From: Octopus vulgaris
Taxonomy: Eukaryota
Assembly: GCA_951406725.2 (NCBI GenBank)
Contig: OX597830.1
Span: 4,712,001-4,776,000, forward strand
Length of the DNA stretch: 64,000 nucleotides
Reading direction: 5' to 3'
How positions within the stretch are numbered: the stretch's first letter is position 1; every line of letters begins with the position of its first letter. Under the pieces are notes generated by a model, which saw only the letters and a list, made by a program, of their open reading frames with translations, did not search any database and was not told the DNA's origin. Below, piece by piece: positions 1 through 12,420 of the stretch. The translations under genes and the position numbers were made by a program.

Positions 1-564
1 TTTCTCATTTTACCACCTGTGATGTAAATGTTCACATTCTATGTAACAAGTCAAAGAGGTATGTTTAACCTGTGAGAAAATAGTAATCAAGTCCCCAACA
101 AATAACATTGTATTGTCTTAAAGGAGAACTGCATTAGAGAATTGTGGTCTGACAGAGATTAGTATAATTATAGATATTCTATGGCCAAAAAACAAATGGG
201 AAGGTCATAGTTGGAACATCTTTGATTAGCTGCCTGCTAGATCAAGACTGATTTGAACCAAGACAATAACAATATTAGAACCATTTAAAGGGGCAACATG
301 ATTTAATGAATATCCTATTCGCTTTCAGCTAATGATAAACTAATGTTAGGGTAAATTAACTTCTAATAGTCTAGCGACCTATCCTTGTGAAATTTATTTC
401 GTATTCACTTGATACAACATACTTTGAACACAAGGTTATGGTGAGAACTTCACATGTACCCTGTACTCTTAATTAAGACACATAAGCAGACTCTACCTGA
501 TGCAGTGTGTATGGATGGGGAGTGAGGGATGCGGAGCAAAGCTACACTTTGAGGAATTGCTGAT

Positions 565-725
565 AAACTTCCAATCTGATTCCATCTGCCAAATTCCACT
601 CCACAGGGTTGGGTTGACCTGAGACAATGGTAGAAGACTAACAGGAATTGTTGTTGCGTGGTGGCATCAAACCTAGAAATACATAATTACGGAGCAAACT
701 ACTTAACCATCTAACCATACCTACT
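565..725 (-). mobile_element. Degenerate CORE-type tRNA-derived SINE (family A)
   Basis: ttccatctgccaaattccactc...agaagac...gagcaaactacttaacca is a decayed match to the better copy at 41401-41810. Confidence 0.6.
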
Positions 726-1611
726 TCTCTCTCTCTCTCTCTCTCTCACATACCCAACATATGCACACACATACACCAGCACACACAACCAAACAATACA
801 CAAATTCTTAAAAATAAAAAGATGAAATTTGGAAACAAAGATCAAACTCATTATTCTTAAAATGCAAACAAAAAAACATTTAAAGAAAGGTGGGGGTGGA
901 GGGGGAGGACATAAACAACAGCTTCCCCCTCCCCCACCTTTTGTCTATTTTTTTTTGGTATCTTCAGTGCATCTCCATCCCGCTGCTCTAATTTGTAAGC
1001 ACGAACGACGACCATTCCTATTGAGTTCTATAGAATATAATTGGTTATTGCAGACGCTGCTATTGACATTTCTGCAATTCATGTCCAATTCCAATAGAGA
1101 AGCGATTGTTATGAGAGAAAATTCTGATTCTAATCATGAACAAATCTTGGAGTAGATTGCTTAAAGAATAAATATAAAATAAACATGTAAAAAAGAAATT
1201 TGAAAAAATATAGATTTCTGGAAATTTTCCTTTTTTTTTTTTCTGTTGTTTTTCTTTGTTAGTATTTTCCCCTCTTGATTCAACAGAAGGAGGAGGCCTT
1301 TTAAGCCTAAAATATGAAAAGACAATGAAAATATTCATAGATTTAAAAGTTCAATCTAAATTAGTGTAAGATGGCAATTAATGACATAACTAGAATAAAC
1401 ACCTTTTATTCTTCAAGTGTTTTGTCAAGTTTTTTGGCAACCTAATTTTTTTTTTTATTATTAGTTTTACAATAAAAATGAAGAACATAGATTTTTTATA
1501 TGGCATTGTTTACCTACAATGATTATTTTGAAGATATATTTTTTTGTATTTCATATATATATATATATTAGTATATGTATGTATGTATTCATGTATGTAC
1601 AGGTGTGTGTG

Positions 1612-1785
1612 TGTGTGTAGTTAAGAAATTTGCTTTCAAATAACATAACTTCTGGTTCAGCCCCATTGTGTGACACCTTACACAAGTGCCTACAATTGTG
1701 CCACAATAGTTTCAGACTGAAGAACAAAACCCAGTGAGTGGATCTGGTAGACAGAACAGAAGCTGGTGGAAATGAAATGCATACA
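1612..1785 (+). mobile_element. CORE-type SINE head (family A), degenerate
   Basis: gtagttaagaaatttgctt...ggttcagccccattgtgtgacacct...gtgagtggatctggtagacagaa; tRNA-like head plus CORE-like block. Confidence 0.65.
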
Positions 1786-1800
1786 ATGTATATATATATA

Positions 1801-1858
<58 letters not shown>

Positions 1859-2125
1859 TACACACACACACACACACACACATATAGATCATTATCATTT
1901 AGCATCTGTTTTCCATGGGTTTATATATATGTATGTGTGTATATATGTAAATATATGTGTGCGTATATATATGTATATATATGTATATATATATATATAT
2001 ATACATATGTATATATATGTATGTATATATATATATATACATATATATACAAATACATATATATATATACACACACACACATATATGTGTATTATATATA
2101 CATATATTTGTTCATACGTATATAG
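1786..2125. repeat. Compound (TA)n/(CA)n/(TG)n microsatellite
   Basis: Directly visible; explains the YI/HT/VC ORFs here. Confidence 0.95.
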
Positions 2126-2129
2126 AGAG

Positions 2130-2645
2130 AAAACACTACTACAGCCCAGCTCCACTCACTTATTTCTGGTACCTTATATAATCCAAACGCTGATTAACCT
2201 ACAGCCTTAATCTCTTTAAATTCCTTTTAACCTTTGCCACTCACTCCAACCCTGCCATCCACCACCCTTTCCCTTCCAAATACTCATTTGTTCCTTATTT
2301 CATTTTTATTCCCACAACACAGCCTTCATCTTATCTCGATGTGCATTGCAATCTTACTGTTGCCTTTTTTCCCCAGTATTTGTCTGCTTTAACCATTTTC
2401 TTGTTTTTTACATTTGTATTTATATTTTCATAGTCATAATAATTATTATGACTATCTATTTCACTGCACTGCGCTTTTGTCCGAACCCACTACCATGTAT
2501 ACAGTGTATATAGACCAGCAGTCCACACAGTTATTAGCCTGTGCTGAAGAGACATGAGTTGCAACATCTGGCCGTGTTGTAAGAAGAACTTCTTTGTTAC
2601 ACAAGATTCTTTATCATGGATTACTCTGCGTAATGATTTAAAATC
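2130..2645 (+). mobile_element. Probable Penelope-like element 3' tail (degenerate)
   Basis: Pyrimidine-rich tail, then CTGAAGAG (HHR 5' core) at 2544, and ends at TA repeats; the GAAA half of the core is lost. Confidence 0.35.
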
Positions 2646-2741
2646 TATATTCTCTCTATATATATGTATGTATGTGTGTGTGTAGAGAGAGAGAGATAGA
2701 AAGAGTGAGAAAGTGAGAGAGAGACAGACGGACAGACAAGT

Positions 2742-3090
2742 AGAGAAGCTTGCTTCTCAACCATGTAGCTTTGAGCCTTCCACTACAGCCCAGGCCATAG
2801 CAGTCTCAGGCTCTGAGTGGATTTGATGGAAGGAAACTGAAAGATGTCTATTGTATGTATGTGTGCGGTTGTGCATACACTTGTTTTGATATCACGTGAT
2901 GACTGTAAATGACTATCACCATCGTACCAATGATATTCACTCCTTGTCTTCCAAGGGGAAATATTCCCTTGTTTTAGAACAGGCGAGAGTTGGTAACAGG
3001 AAGGGGATCTGGCTGTAGAAAACCTGTTCCTAGATTCCATCCGAACCATGCGAGTATGGAAAAGTTGACGTTAAACTCTGATGATGATAA
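2742..3090 (+). mobile_element. SINE (family A head) with RTE-type 3' tail
   Basis: gaagcttgcttctcaaccatg...gagtggatttgatggaaggaaactgaaag; tail ccatgcgagtatggaaaagttgacgttaaactctgatgatgat. Confidence 0.7.
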
Positions 3091-3924
3091 AACAGACGGA
3101 CAGTTTGCACTTTGAAAGCAAGGTGTTTGGCAATAAAACAAAATTACAGTATTTTTATTTTATTGAGAATTGTGAATGTGTTTAATGTTCTTAAAGAAAT
3201 CTAAATTCATGCCTACAGTAATAACATCCAAGAAGCATCATTGGGACCATAACACATTAGTATCTGAATAGAAATAAGCATAAATAAGATGTGTATAATA
3301 CAAAGGATGTAAAATGTTATTTTTAACATTCGTACTTCAGGCATGCGAGATGTTGAATTTTGATAGAAACCTATGTAAAAGTAGATGATATCCTAAGTTG
3401 ATTTAAGTCTATTGATATTAGGATAGATTAGTTACTGATTGGGAAGCCATAACTAACGATACTGTTGATGCTGGTGATGATTATGTCATGTTCTTCCAAC
3501 ATTCTAGTTAAGTTCTGTTTAGTTATGTCACTGAAACAAATTTGAATTCCACTGTGATTCATCTTATAAATTACCCTTAAGTCCTTAAGGGTAAATTATA
3601 CCTGACATTTGAACTCTAATAAATCATGTTAGCTTATTGCTCTGCAGTAATGCAAATACACAGATCCATAAATACCTGTACATCATTCACATATGTCACA
3701 CATTCTGCTGTCTGTCAGTGTTTGGTGTTAATTTTCTGCTTGACATTCGTCACAGTTGGTGGCTTCTGCTGCTGTTAATGTGGACAGCTTCACAATTTAA
3801 TGCTTTCACTAAATCAGTGACTACAACAGCTTTGCGATTTCATTTCAGACATAAGCAAAGCATTTATCTTTGAACCAAAGGGAATCCGGTTTAATTCCTG
3901 AGATAGACATCTATTTTGTTTTTC

Positions 3925-4280
3925 ACTTCTTTTATCTTTTACTTGTTTCAGTCAAGAGACTGCAGCCATGCTGGAGCACCACTCTTAAAGAATTTCTAGT
4001 CAAATGAATTGACCCTGATACTTTTCTTTAAAACCTAGTATATATTCTATCAATCTCTTTTGCTGAACCGCTTTGTTATGAGGCATAACAACACACATTG
4101 TCAAGCAGTAATGGGAGGCAGACACAGAAAAAAGATACACACACACACACACACAGAATCTTTCAGTTTCCATCTACTCACAAGGCTTTGGTCAGCCTAT
4201 AGTAGAAGTCACTTGCCCATAGTACCATGCAGTGTGATTGAACCCAAGACCATGTGGCTGGAAAGCAAACTTCTTACCTT
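3925..4280 (-). mobile_element. CORE-type SINE (family A), near full length
   Basis: ttttacttgtttcagtca...gccatgctggagcacc (3' end) through attgaacccaagaccatgtggctggaaagcaaacttctt (head); colinear with 41401-41810. Confidence 0.8.
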
Positions 4281-4319
4281 ATGTCTGCATTAACTTATAG
4301 AGATATTTTAGAGCAAGGG

Positions 4320-4470
4320 GTTAATCAAATCGACTCTAGTCCTTGACTGGTATTTTATTTTATTGATCTCAAGGGCATGAAAGACATGTCGTCTTTGGCT
4401 GTATTTGAACTCACAAAGATGTCGCAACACATTTTGTCCAATGCTCTAATACTTCAGTTAATCTGCCAGC
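4320..4470 (-). mobile_element. tRNA-derived SINE family B, degenerate
   Basis: atcgactctagtccttgactggtattttatttt...atgaaagac...atttgaactc is the reverse of the 12060-12270 family. Confidence 0.6.
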
Positions 4471-5548
4471 CTAAATCCTCAAAGATAGAAATGTATTCCA
4501 AGGCACATGACAACAAATTCAGTGGCAAGGTATGATTTTAATGAACACTAATGCCTTACGTGTATGAGCACACATTTCAGGGAGAGATATAGCTCATTAA
4601 TTTGACCCCATTATTTGACTGGTACAGATTTCATCAACCTCAGCACAATTTGAATTCAAAATGAAACATTTTAACTCAAAAGCAACATTTTTGATATTGA
4701 CATATTTTTGGTGAAGGAGTGTTGATAGAAGGCAACTGAAAGATGCCTATTGTATGTATTGGTTAAATCAACCTCAGAATGTGACTGGTATATAATATCA
4801 TTAACCCAGGGATGGATGAACAAAAAGGTGGGCCCTTCTCCCATTAGCTTTGAACTTAATATAAATGAGAATGTAATTAAATACTATAAGGGGTCCTTGT
4901 ACAAATTCTGTCGTCCATTGGAGTCATTAGTGGATTAATTAGACAAACATTTCTCGTTTACTCCAACACCACCTCATACTGTTATCACACATGTTAACGT
5001 TGTTACGTGTTCTATGAGAAAATCCATTGATGGATATTTCACTTACAATATTGCAGAATTATATAACTTTCCAGCACACAATGAACTCAAATTCGAAAAC
5101 CGATATGAAAATATTCTATTGCACAATATTCATTCAGTTAGCTATGGAGACTTTCCAAAGACTTCACCAGTCAGTCACTTATATATATATATATATCAGT
5201 CAGCTTTCTTTCTTAATGTCAGGCAATAGTTACACTCTAGATATTGTTTCAATATTGAATGTCGATATAGGAATATATTTTATTTTATTAATTTCTACAA
5301 TGCATGAAACATCACAGTTAAGGTGACTTCAGTCTGTGATAGTTTCACTTTTCATCAGGATTGCTAATATAATTTTGATTACAATTCACAGAGAATTTAA
5401 AAAAAAAAAATCAAAATGAAGTTTTGTAACATCAGATGAGTTGATAAAACTGGAGGAAACTGGGAGAAACTGCATTAATTCAAAACTGATTTGAAAGAGA
5501 ATAAAAAAAAAGACAAGTGTCTTTTCAGCTATTGCCTTAACCATTAAA

Positions 5549-5790
5549 CATGGGATTTAATGGTTAAGGAGCTGGGTCCATAATTGTCAGGTTATAAGTA
5601 CAATCCTCAAGCCAGGTGGTGTGAGAGTTTTTATTTTATATCACTCAGGCTACTCAGCCAGAAATAAGAACCAACGGAAGGAGTTAACCCTGTGATGCAT
5701 TAAAATCCTATTCAGTGGAAATTCTTGTACTCCCAGTTCTTTATCACAGAGACCCAGATAATTTGTAGCTTTACAAGTCTTGAAACAGTC
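5549..5790 (+). mobile_element. Degenerate tRNA-derived SINE (family C-like)
   Basis: catgggatttaatggttaagg (A-box-like)...aagtacaatcct (B-box-like)...tactcagcc, similar to 31435-31765. Confidence 0.45.
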
Positions 5791-5814
5791 TTGTATTATC
5801 AGGGCAAGAAAAGA

Positions 5815-6112
5815 TCATCATCATCATCGTTTAATGTCCGCTTTCTATGCTAGCATGGGTTAGACGGCTTGACTGAGGACTGGCGAACCAGGCTCCAATC
5901 TGATCTGGCAGGGTTTCTACAGCTGGATGCCCTTCCTAATGCCAACCACTCTGAGAGTGTAGTGGGTGCTTTTTACATGCCACCAGCACGAGGGCCAGTC
6001 AGGCAGTACCGGCAACGGCCATGCTTAAATGGTGTTTTTTACATGCCACCTGCACAGGAGCCAGTCCAGCAGCACTGGCAATGACCTCGCTCAAATGGTT
6101 TTTCATGTGCCA
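5815..6112 (-). mobile_element. RTE LINE 3' UTR/tail fragment
   Basis: (cat)n tail plus cgtttaatgtccgctttctatgctagcatgggtt; reverse copy of 28850-29080. Confidence 0.75.
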
Positions 6113-7049
6113 AAACAAACATCTTCTCTTCTCATTATTACCATCGTCATTGAAGTTTCTAGTAGTTTCTTATGGATTAAACTGTTCTTTGCATAAATTA
6201 CAACAGTTTCCATGTTTAATATAGTTAATATGTAAATACAACAGGAAAGTTAGGCATATTTTTTTTTCCTTTTACATTTAAATTCTTTTAGATAGCTTTT
6301 TTGATTCCTTTGATGCTGATATCAATCTTTTAAGTACCATCTTTGAATAATACTTTGCACTCTAAAACCTTTCAGAGGCCCTTGACCTTATTCCACTGAC
6401 TGTGTACAGAGTGTTGTGTTACATTTTTGGGGTTGGTCTGTCTTGTTCACAACTCTATAATTAAAACAATCACATCAAACTACAACAGTGGCAATGTTTT
6501 CGAAATGCCTGTAGCTGAGTTTTATGTTGATTTTATTAAAAAGCTTGTGGTTAAGAATTAAAAAAAGGTTTATTTTGTTTTATTTTTTTTTGTTTTGCAT
6601 CATTGCTATGAGGTTTTTAGTTATATTCTTTATTACATTCATGCTAAAGGGCAGATTAAACCAGATGGATTTTCTTTTTCTGGTTTTATTATTTTGTGGA
6701 TTTCATTCGTGAAACCACTTCAGTTTCTCTTTTAAATCCTCTTTTGCTCAACACTTTGTTATAATTTGTGCAAATCAACTTTTTTTATTTTTTCAAGAGA
6801 ATATAATCAATACTATCTTGGTAAAATTGCTGACAATATCTATTTTTTTTTATGATTGAAAGGGAGATGGTGAGAATTTTCTTGATATATAGGTATTCAT
6901 TTAATTTTTCATTAGAAGAGAAGTTACCTGAAATTAGAGATATGGTGGAGGACTAGAACACTGTTATTATATATTGTTGGGCTTTGACTTTCTCTTATAA
7001 TTGTTCTTAGTTGTAATTAATTTCCATAGAAGCTGGTTCAAAACTTTGT

Positions 7050-7345
7050 ACCATTGTTTTGACGCCCTCTTTTTCCATGCTTGCATGAGTCAGACTGAAT
7101 TCCTTGTAGAAAATTTCCTGCAGCCAGATGCTTTCCTGTCACCAACTCACATCCATTCCGCAGGAGGGTAATATTTCCACATAGTTGGACAAGTTTTTTA
7201 TAGATGACAGGAAATGAGGGCCTCCAATCAAGACAAGGAGCTATACACACACAACAAGCTTCTATCAGTTTCCATCAACCAAATCCCTGACAAAGTTTTG
7301 TTCATCCAGCAGCTGTGGTAGGAGACACATGCTAAGGTGCCACAC
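7050..7345 (-). mobile_element. SINE with RTE-type tail, degenerate
   Basis: ttttccatgcttgcatgagtcagac...agtttccatcaaccaaatccctgacaaag; similar to 33190-33610. Confidence 0.6.
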
Positions 7346-8094
7346 TTTGTGCACATATGTACACATAGAAATAATTATATGTATTTTGTATGCTATCATT
7401 TAATTCTCTACAAATAAAGAGTACTTACCTATAATGTGAAGATCAAATGAAGAGCGTAAAATACTGCAGAAGTGTAGATTAGTTACGATGGTCCTTTTCA
7501 TTTTAGCCACCAAAATGCTTTCATCAGCTTTTTCCTAGTATTGCCCAAGTTGTAGCAGTTTATACACAATTTTGTATGTATGTGGTTGAAGGTATTTTTG
7601 TGTGGCAAAATTGTACAAATGCCACCAACTCACACACCTTAGCTTCAGTCTCACTTGTCACACGGGTATCAAAATCAGCGAATAATGAACAGGAGAGATT
7701 TCTTACCATTCATTATTATATTGATGTCAATTGCTTTAATGGTTGTGAATATCCTGCATATTTCTCAGTGTTCTTTTGAGGATTGGGGCTTTTGGAGATG
7801 ATATGTATTTCTACACATATATGATATACATACACACATATGCAAACACACATACACACGCATAGACAGATTGATAGATAGATAAAAACACACACATGTA
7901 TTACACATGTACACACACATATATATGTCATTACATATGTCCTCATATGGGCATATGTACACATACACATACGCGCGCATATATATGAGAGAGAGGGAGG
8001 GAGGGAGAGAAAGAAAGGCACATGTATAAATGTTTGCAACTTATCCATAAATATAATTAGAACATATCTATTTATCTATATGTTTGTGTGTATG

Positions 8095-8140
<46 letters not shown>

Positions 8141-8639
8141 CAAAGTGTTTCTTTCACTAATTGAATTTCATTTTAAATTTCAAAGCAAATCATGATAGTT
8201 AACACGGTATAAAATGGTCGAAAACTAAATTCCAATTAAAGATTTGTGCTGTCGAAATAAAAAAAAAAGAAAAAAGAAAATGATATTCAAAATCATAATA
8301 GAATTTTTATTCAATTTCTTGCTTGACTAGATTCTCATTTAACTTCACTTGCAGTCAAATTAAGAGCAACAGACTACAATTATACGTTTGTTTTGTTTGT
8401 GTTTCATTGATTGCAATGTCTGTTGGTGTGAATGTTGTGCATGTCTGCAGATCTGTGTACCGCTACATGTGTATGTGTGTTGTCTTTTACAACATGATAA
8501 ACAAATTGGATACTGTAAACTGGAAATATCCCTGTGTCTGAATGTGTAGTAAATGTTTGGTAAGTCACAGAAAGGCACAAATTTAAAATATATACAAAAA
8601 TCTGTATGTAAGCGTTAAATGCAAGAACAAATACATTAA

Positions 8640-8827
8640 AATACATATATGCTAGCATGTAAATATGTACGTGTATGTGTGTGTATATATATATCTATGT
8701 ATACATATGTATGTAAACACATATATATGTATGTGTATATGTATGTATATATGAATATATATGTATATATGTACATATACATGTATGTATATATATATGT
8801 ATATATGTACGTATACATGTATATATG

Positions 8828-8863
<36 letters not shown>

Positions 8864-8870
8864 GACACAC
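8640..8870. repeat. Degenerate (TA)n/(TATG)n microsatellite
   Basis: Directly visible. Confidence 0.95.
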
Positions 8871-9117
8871 ACGCAGCTTCAGATGAAAGAATAACAAGAA
8901 TCAAGGTAGTATATTTATAAAATGAGAGACATCTTTTTTTGTAATTATTCCTTCTGTGGATTAGCATCATAAGGAGATGTGGTTATATTAACTAAATAAG
9001 ATCTGATAAGGTGTAAGCCACACTTAGAGAAACCTACAATTCAGATGTGCATGCACACACATATATATATTTATAGACACACATATTCATATAAGTGTAT
9101 GTGTGTGTGTGTATGTG

Positions 9118-9157
<40 letters not shown>

Positions 9158-9350
9158 TAGATAGACCTATTCCACATAAACGTTGGTGGTGCCATGTTAA
9201 CACAAGTCATTCTACTCTGTAAAGCAGTTGGCATTATGAAGAGCTTCCAGCTGTCCAGGCGATACCAAAACGGACAGTGGAGCTTGGTGCAGTCCTCTAG
9301 CTTTCCAGCCCTGGTCAAATTATCCAACCCATGCCAGCATGAAAGATGGA

Positions 9351-9692
9351 CAGTGCTGGATTAACCATTAAACAGAATAAGCATCTGCTTAAGGCATCAA
9401 GGGAAGTGGGGGGGATACCACAGAAATGGTAAATGGTTTAAAGCACAAAAGAAACCACTTAAAATTTGCTAAAATAATATTCCAAATTGTTTATATGATC
9501 AGAAGTATAATTATCAGATGTGTTACGTGTGATTTTTGCAAATATAAATAAAGTAGAAGTTTACAAAAATAAACATTAGTTTTTGTCTTAGTTTGAAAAA
9601 TTAAGATTTATTTTATAGTTTATATTTTTATATTTTGAATTCTATATATATGGGGCACCAAAATCTTTTAAGTGCTTAGGGCTTCGATGGGT
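9351..9692. mobile_element. Possible non-autonomous hAT-like MITE remnant
   Basis: Starts cagtgctggattaaccatt...aagcatctgcttaaggc; a similar subterminal motif aagtgcttagggc recurs near 9670; right TIR not seen. Confidence 0.3.
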
Positions 9693-10084
9693 GTACATAC
9701 ATATATGTATGTGTCTAATACACACACATGCACACACACACATACACATTCATAATGGTTGCTGTAATAGTTATTAGCTATATCTTCAATTGATTAATTG
9801 ATCGAGTAAAATGAACGATGAACTCACCCAAAATACCAGAAACAACTGTAAGTCTATGCATAGACGCACATAAATGTATAAAGCCCATTATTTATGCCTT
9901 TTCCTTATAATTTTATAGATAGATGGATGGATGGATACAGCAAGCTTCTCTCTGTTTCCATCTGCCAAATCTACTCAAAGCTTGGTTGGCCAGAGGCTCC
10001 AGTAAAAAGCACTTGCTCACAGTACCACTACACAGTGGGGCTGAGCCTGCAGCAAGGTAGTGGGGGAGCAAACTTAAAAGAAGT

Positions 10085-10175
10085 GCTGTTTGCTCAAAGT
10101 GGATGGAGCCTTCGGAAGTGGGAGACCCAGTAGGACATGGGATGAAGTATTGAGGTCTGATCTCGAGATGTGGTG
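10085..10175 (+). pseudogene. RTE LINE ORF C-terminal fragment
   Basis: Translates LKVDGAFGSGRPSRTWDEVLRSDLEM, matching the RTE-clade C-terminal G.RGRP..TW...V..DL motif. Confidence 0.7.
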
Positions 10176-10384
10176 CCCCATGATCTCACAGCAATGCCTC
10201 GTATATAAGTTTCCGAGTGTCAGGTTCTACAATTCAACAACTGTACACTTTCACTACACTCACAGACTACAGTATTTTATAGCAATGGCTAATTAGAACT
10301 CGCAAAACATATCATATAACACATTACTGCAGATCCGTATAATCAGCATGTGGTGTCAAAGCAAGAAGACATGGACACACACAA

Positions 10385-10545
10385 GATGAGCTTCTTTCGG
10401 TTTCTGTCTACCAAGTCCCATCACAAGAGTTTGGTCAGTTTGGTTGTATAGCAGAAGAAACTTGCCCAAGGCACCAAGCAGTAAGACTGAAACCCAAACC
10501 ACATGACTGAGAAGCAAGATTTTTAACCACACAACAAAGCCTGAG
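10385..10545 (-). mobile_element. CORE-type SINE head (family A)
   Basis: gcttctttcggtttctgtctacc...acttgcccaaggcacc...ttttaaccacaca. Confidence 0.7.
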
Positions 10546-11609
10546 TGCATGTTTACACACAGAGTGTAAGTATGTATAAAAATGTGCAGTTTAAAAATTC
10601 AATTTAATGTATGCTTTATGTATGGAATGTCCAATATTTCCCTCACAGGAACAGTAATATGCAAGCCATTTCTGCAATAATCATTGTTAGATAACTCTAC
10701 TGTCAAAACTGTAGTCACCTCAACTTTCAATTACAAGAATGCAGAGAGGCCTGTATTTATTAAATTGAATATATTCACAAACCTATATGCTTCATAAGAC
10801 CTGTATTGATTTTGGTCTCTTTAATGTTAAATTGGTGACAGATAAATCACCACATGGCTAGAATGTTAGCCAAACTCAGATAACTTTCCATAAAACTTTG
10901 AAAATGTTCTCTTGTTAGGTAAACTGAGACAAATATAATTACATATAATGTATTGGAACTTGTGTCCAGATTTTGTCAGCTTGTAGGCTGCCGACTTATA
11001 TATAGAAATATAGAAAGTTATATTATAGTCAAACAAAAGTTTGATAGCGCAGTTTCCTGGAGTTGGAGTTATCGCAATTCAACAAACTGCTGACTCACTT
11101 TAGGTCTACATGGTCAAAAACTACAAACACTGCAACATGTAGGAAATAAAGCTATGATACAGAAAGCACTATTTGAACATCAATATAAGTTATCATATTG
11201 AACAAAATAGTAGAAACGTTCTTTGTTACAAAGTGATTCTTTTAAAAAGACCATAATAATAGATGGCAACAGTTATTACCTGATATAGGGACAAGAAATA
11301 AAATTTCTTCAAATGTGTTTCCATTAACATTTCAGGAAGTCAAGAAATATAAGAGTGTTTTCCCTTTAAATAAGGAAATGAGATGGCATAATGACCTCTA
11401 GTAAATTGATGATGATGTTGATGATGATGATGATATTGGTAGTAGTGGTAGTGGTGGTGGTGGTGGTGGTGGTGGTGGTGGTGATGGTGGCAGTGATAAC
11501 TACATTAGCATTCAGTACTTCTTTTTCTTTTTACTTGCTGAATCTGGAGGGAAAGGCAGTGCTCATGATCCTTACAGATCCTCTTACAGATCCTACAAGA
11601 CTGTTTACC

Positions 11610-12420
11610 ATGAATGTTTTATTTAAAATGCAGCAGGTCAACACCAGTAGGGAAAAGATCCAAACTGCCTGGTGTTCTGGAGAGAGAGACAACTAGATAT
11701 AGTGGAGTGTGGGGATAGTGCCAGATTGGCAGGAATGAAGAATGTTTACTCATCAGAGTAACAAGAGGTGAACAGTCCAGCGGGTCAGAGGGGCTTAAGT
11801 GCTGGAAGTAAAAACCAACCAACTTTGAGGAGTACAGGAGTGGCACAATAGAAATGACAGGGAGGAGAAACAGCATGCTGGTGGATTAATGGCTGGTGTG
11901 TGTGTCTAGTAACGATGAAGTTCCAAACATCCAAGAGGCCCTTTTCTTGATACACCCATCATTTTGGTTTGCATAGCAGCAATACCATCCCCGATGTGAG
12001 TGGAGGGATTCCAGTGTAAGCCTCACTTAAATCTTGGAGAGTGGTATATTCTGGCCCTTAAGGTGGCAAGCTAGCAGAAATGTTAGCACGCTGGGTGAAA
12101 TGCTTAGTGGTATTTCGTCTGTTTTTACATCCCGAGTTCAAGTTTTGCAGGAAGTTGATTTTGCCTTTCATCCTTTCGGGGTTAATAAAGTACCAGTTGC
12201 ATACTAGGGTCGATCTAATCAACTGCCCCTCCCCCAAAATTTCAGGCCTTGTGCCTAGAGTAGAAAAGAATATATTCTAGCACTGAAGAAGATCAGATGG
12301 ACTTGGAATGCAATCCTGCCAATGATAACAGCAAGCATTTGCAAGAAAGATTCAGTCACAGTGAGTCCCAGGATGTGGAGTAAGTTTAAAGGTTCTAGCT
12401 GAGTGCTACTCATGTTGTGA
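11610..12420 (-). pseudogene. CR1/Jockey-group LINE 3' ORF2 fossil interrupted by a SINE
   Basis: Minus-strand peptides STQLEPLNLLHILGLTVTE...FFSARIY, K..VRLTLE and LFPTGVDLLHFK resemble the post-RT/thumb and C-terminal region; many frameshifts. Confidence 0.6.
12060..12270 (+). mobile_element. tRNA-derived SINE family B with TSD
   Basis: aaggtggcaagctagcagaa...gagttcaag...gcctttcatcctttcgggg...ggccttgtgcctagagtagaaaagaa; diverged 17-bp TSD at 12045-12061 and 12271-12287. Confidence 0.85.

Noticed and set aside
829-1155. 108-aa ORF with poly-G/poly-P and an acceptor-like ttttggtatcttcAG at 967
   Set aside because: TTG start, low-complexity origin, no recognisable domain or supporting neighbouring exons
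7424-7530. Strong minus-strand donor AG|GTAAGTA with upstream ATG, plus a CTGATGA...GAAA motif
   Set aside because: Peptide unrecognisable; the HHR reading needs a 4-nt bulge and has no stems I or III
8324-8345. TGACTAGAT, similar to the miR-279 5' end
   Set aside because: Match is only 9 nt and there is no complementary 5' arm for a pre-miRNA
11391-11696. Hydrophobic poly-M/poly-V ORF resembling a membrane protein
   Set aside because: Encoded by (GAT)n/(GGT)n microsatellites running into an antisense LINE fossil
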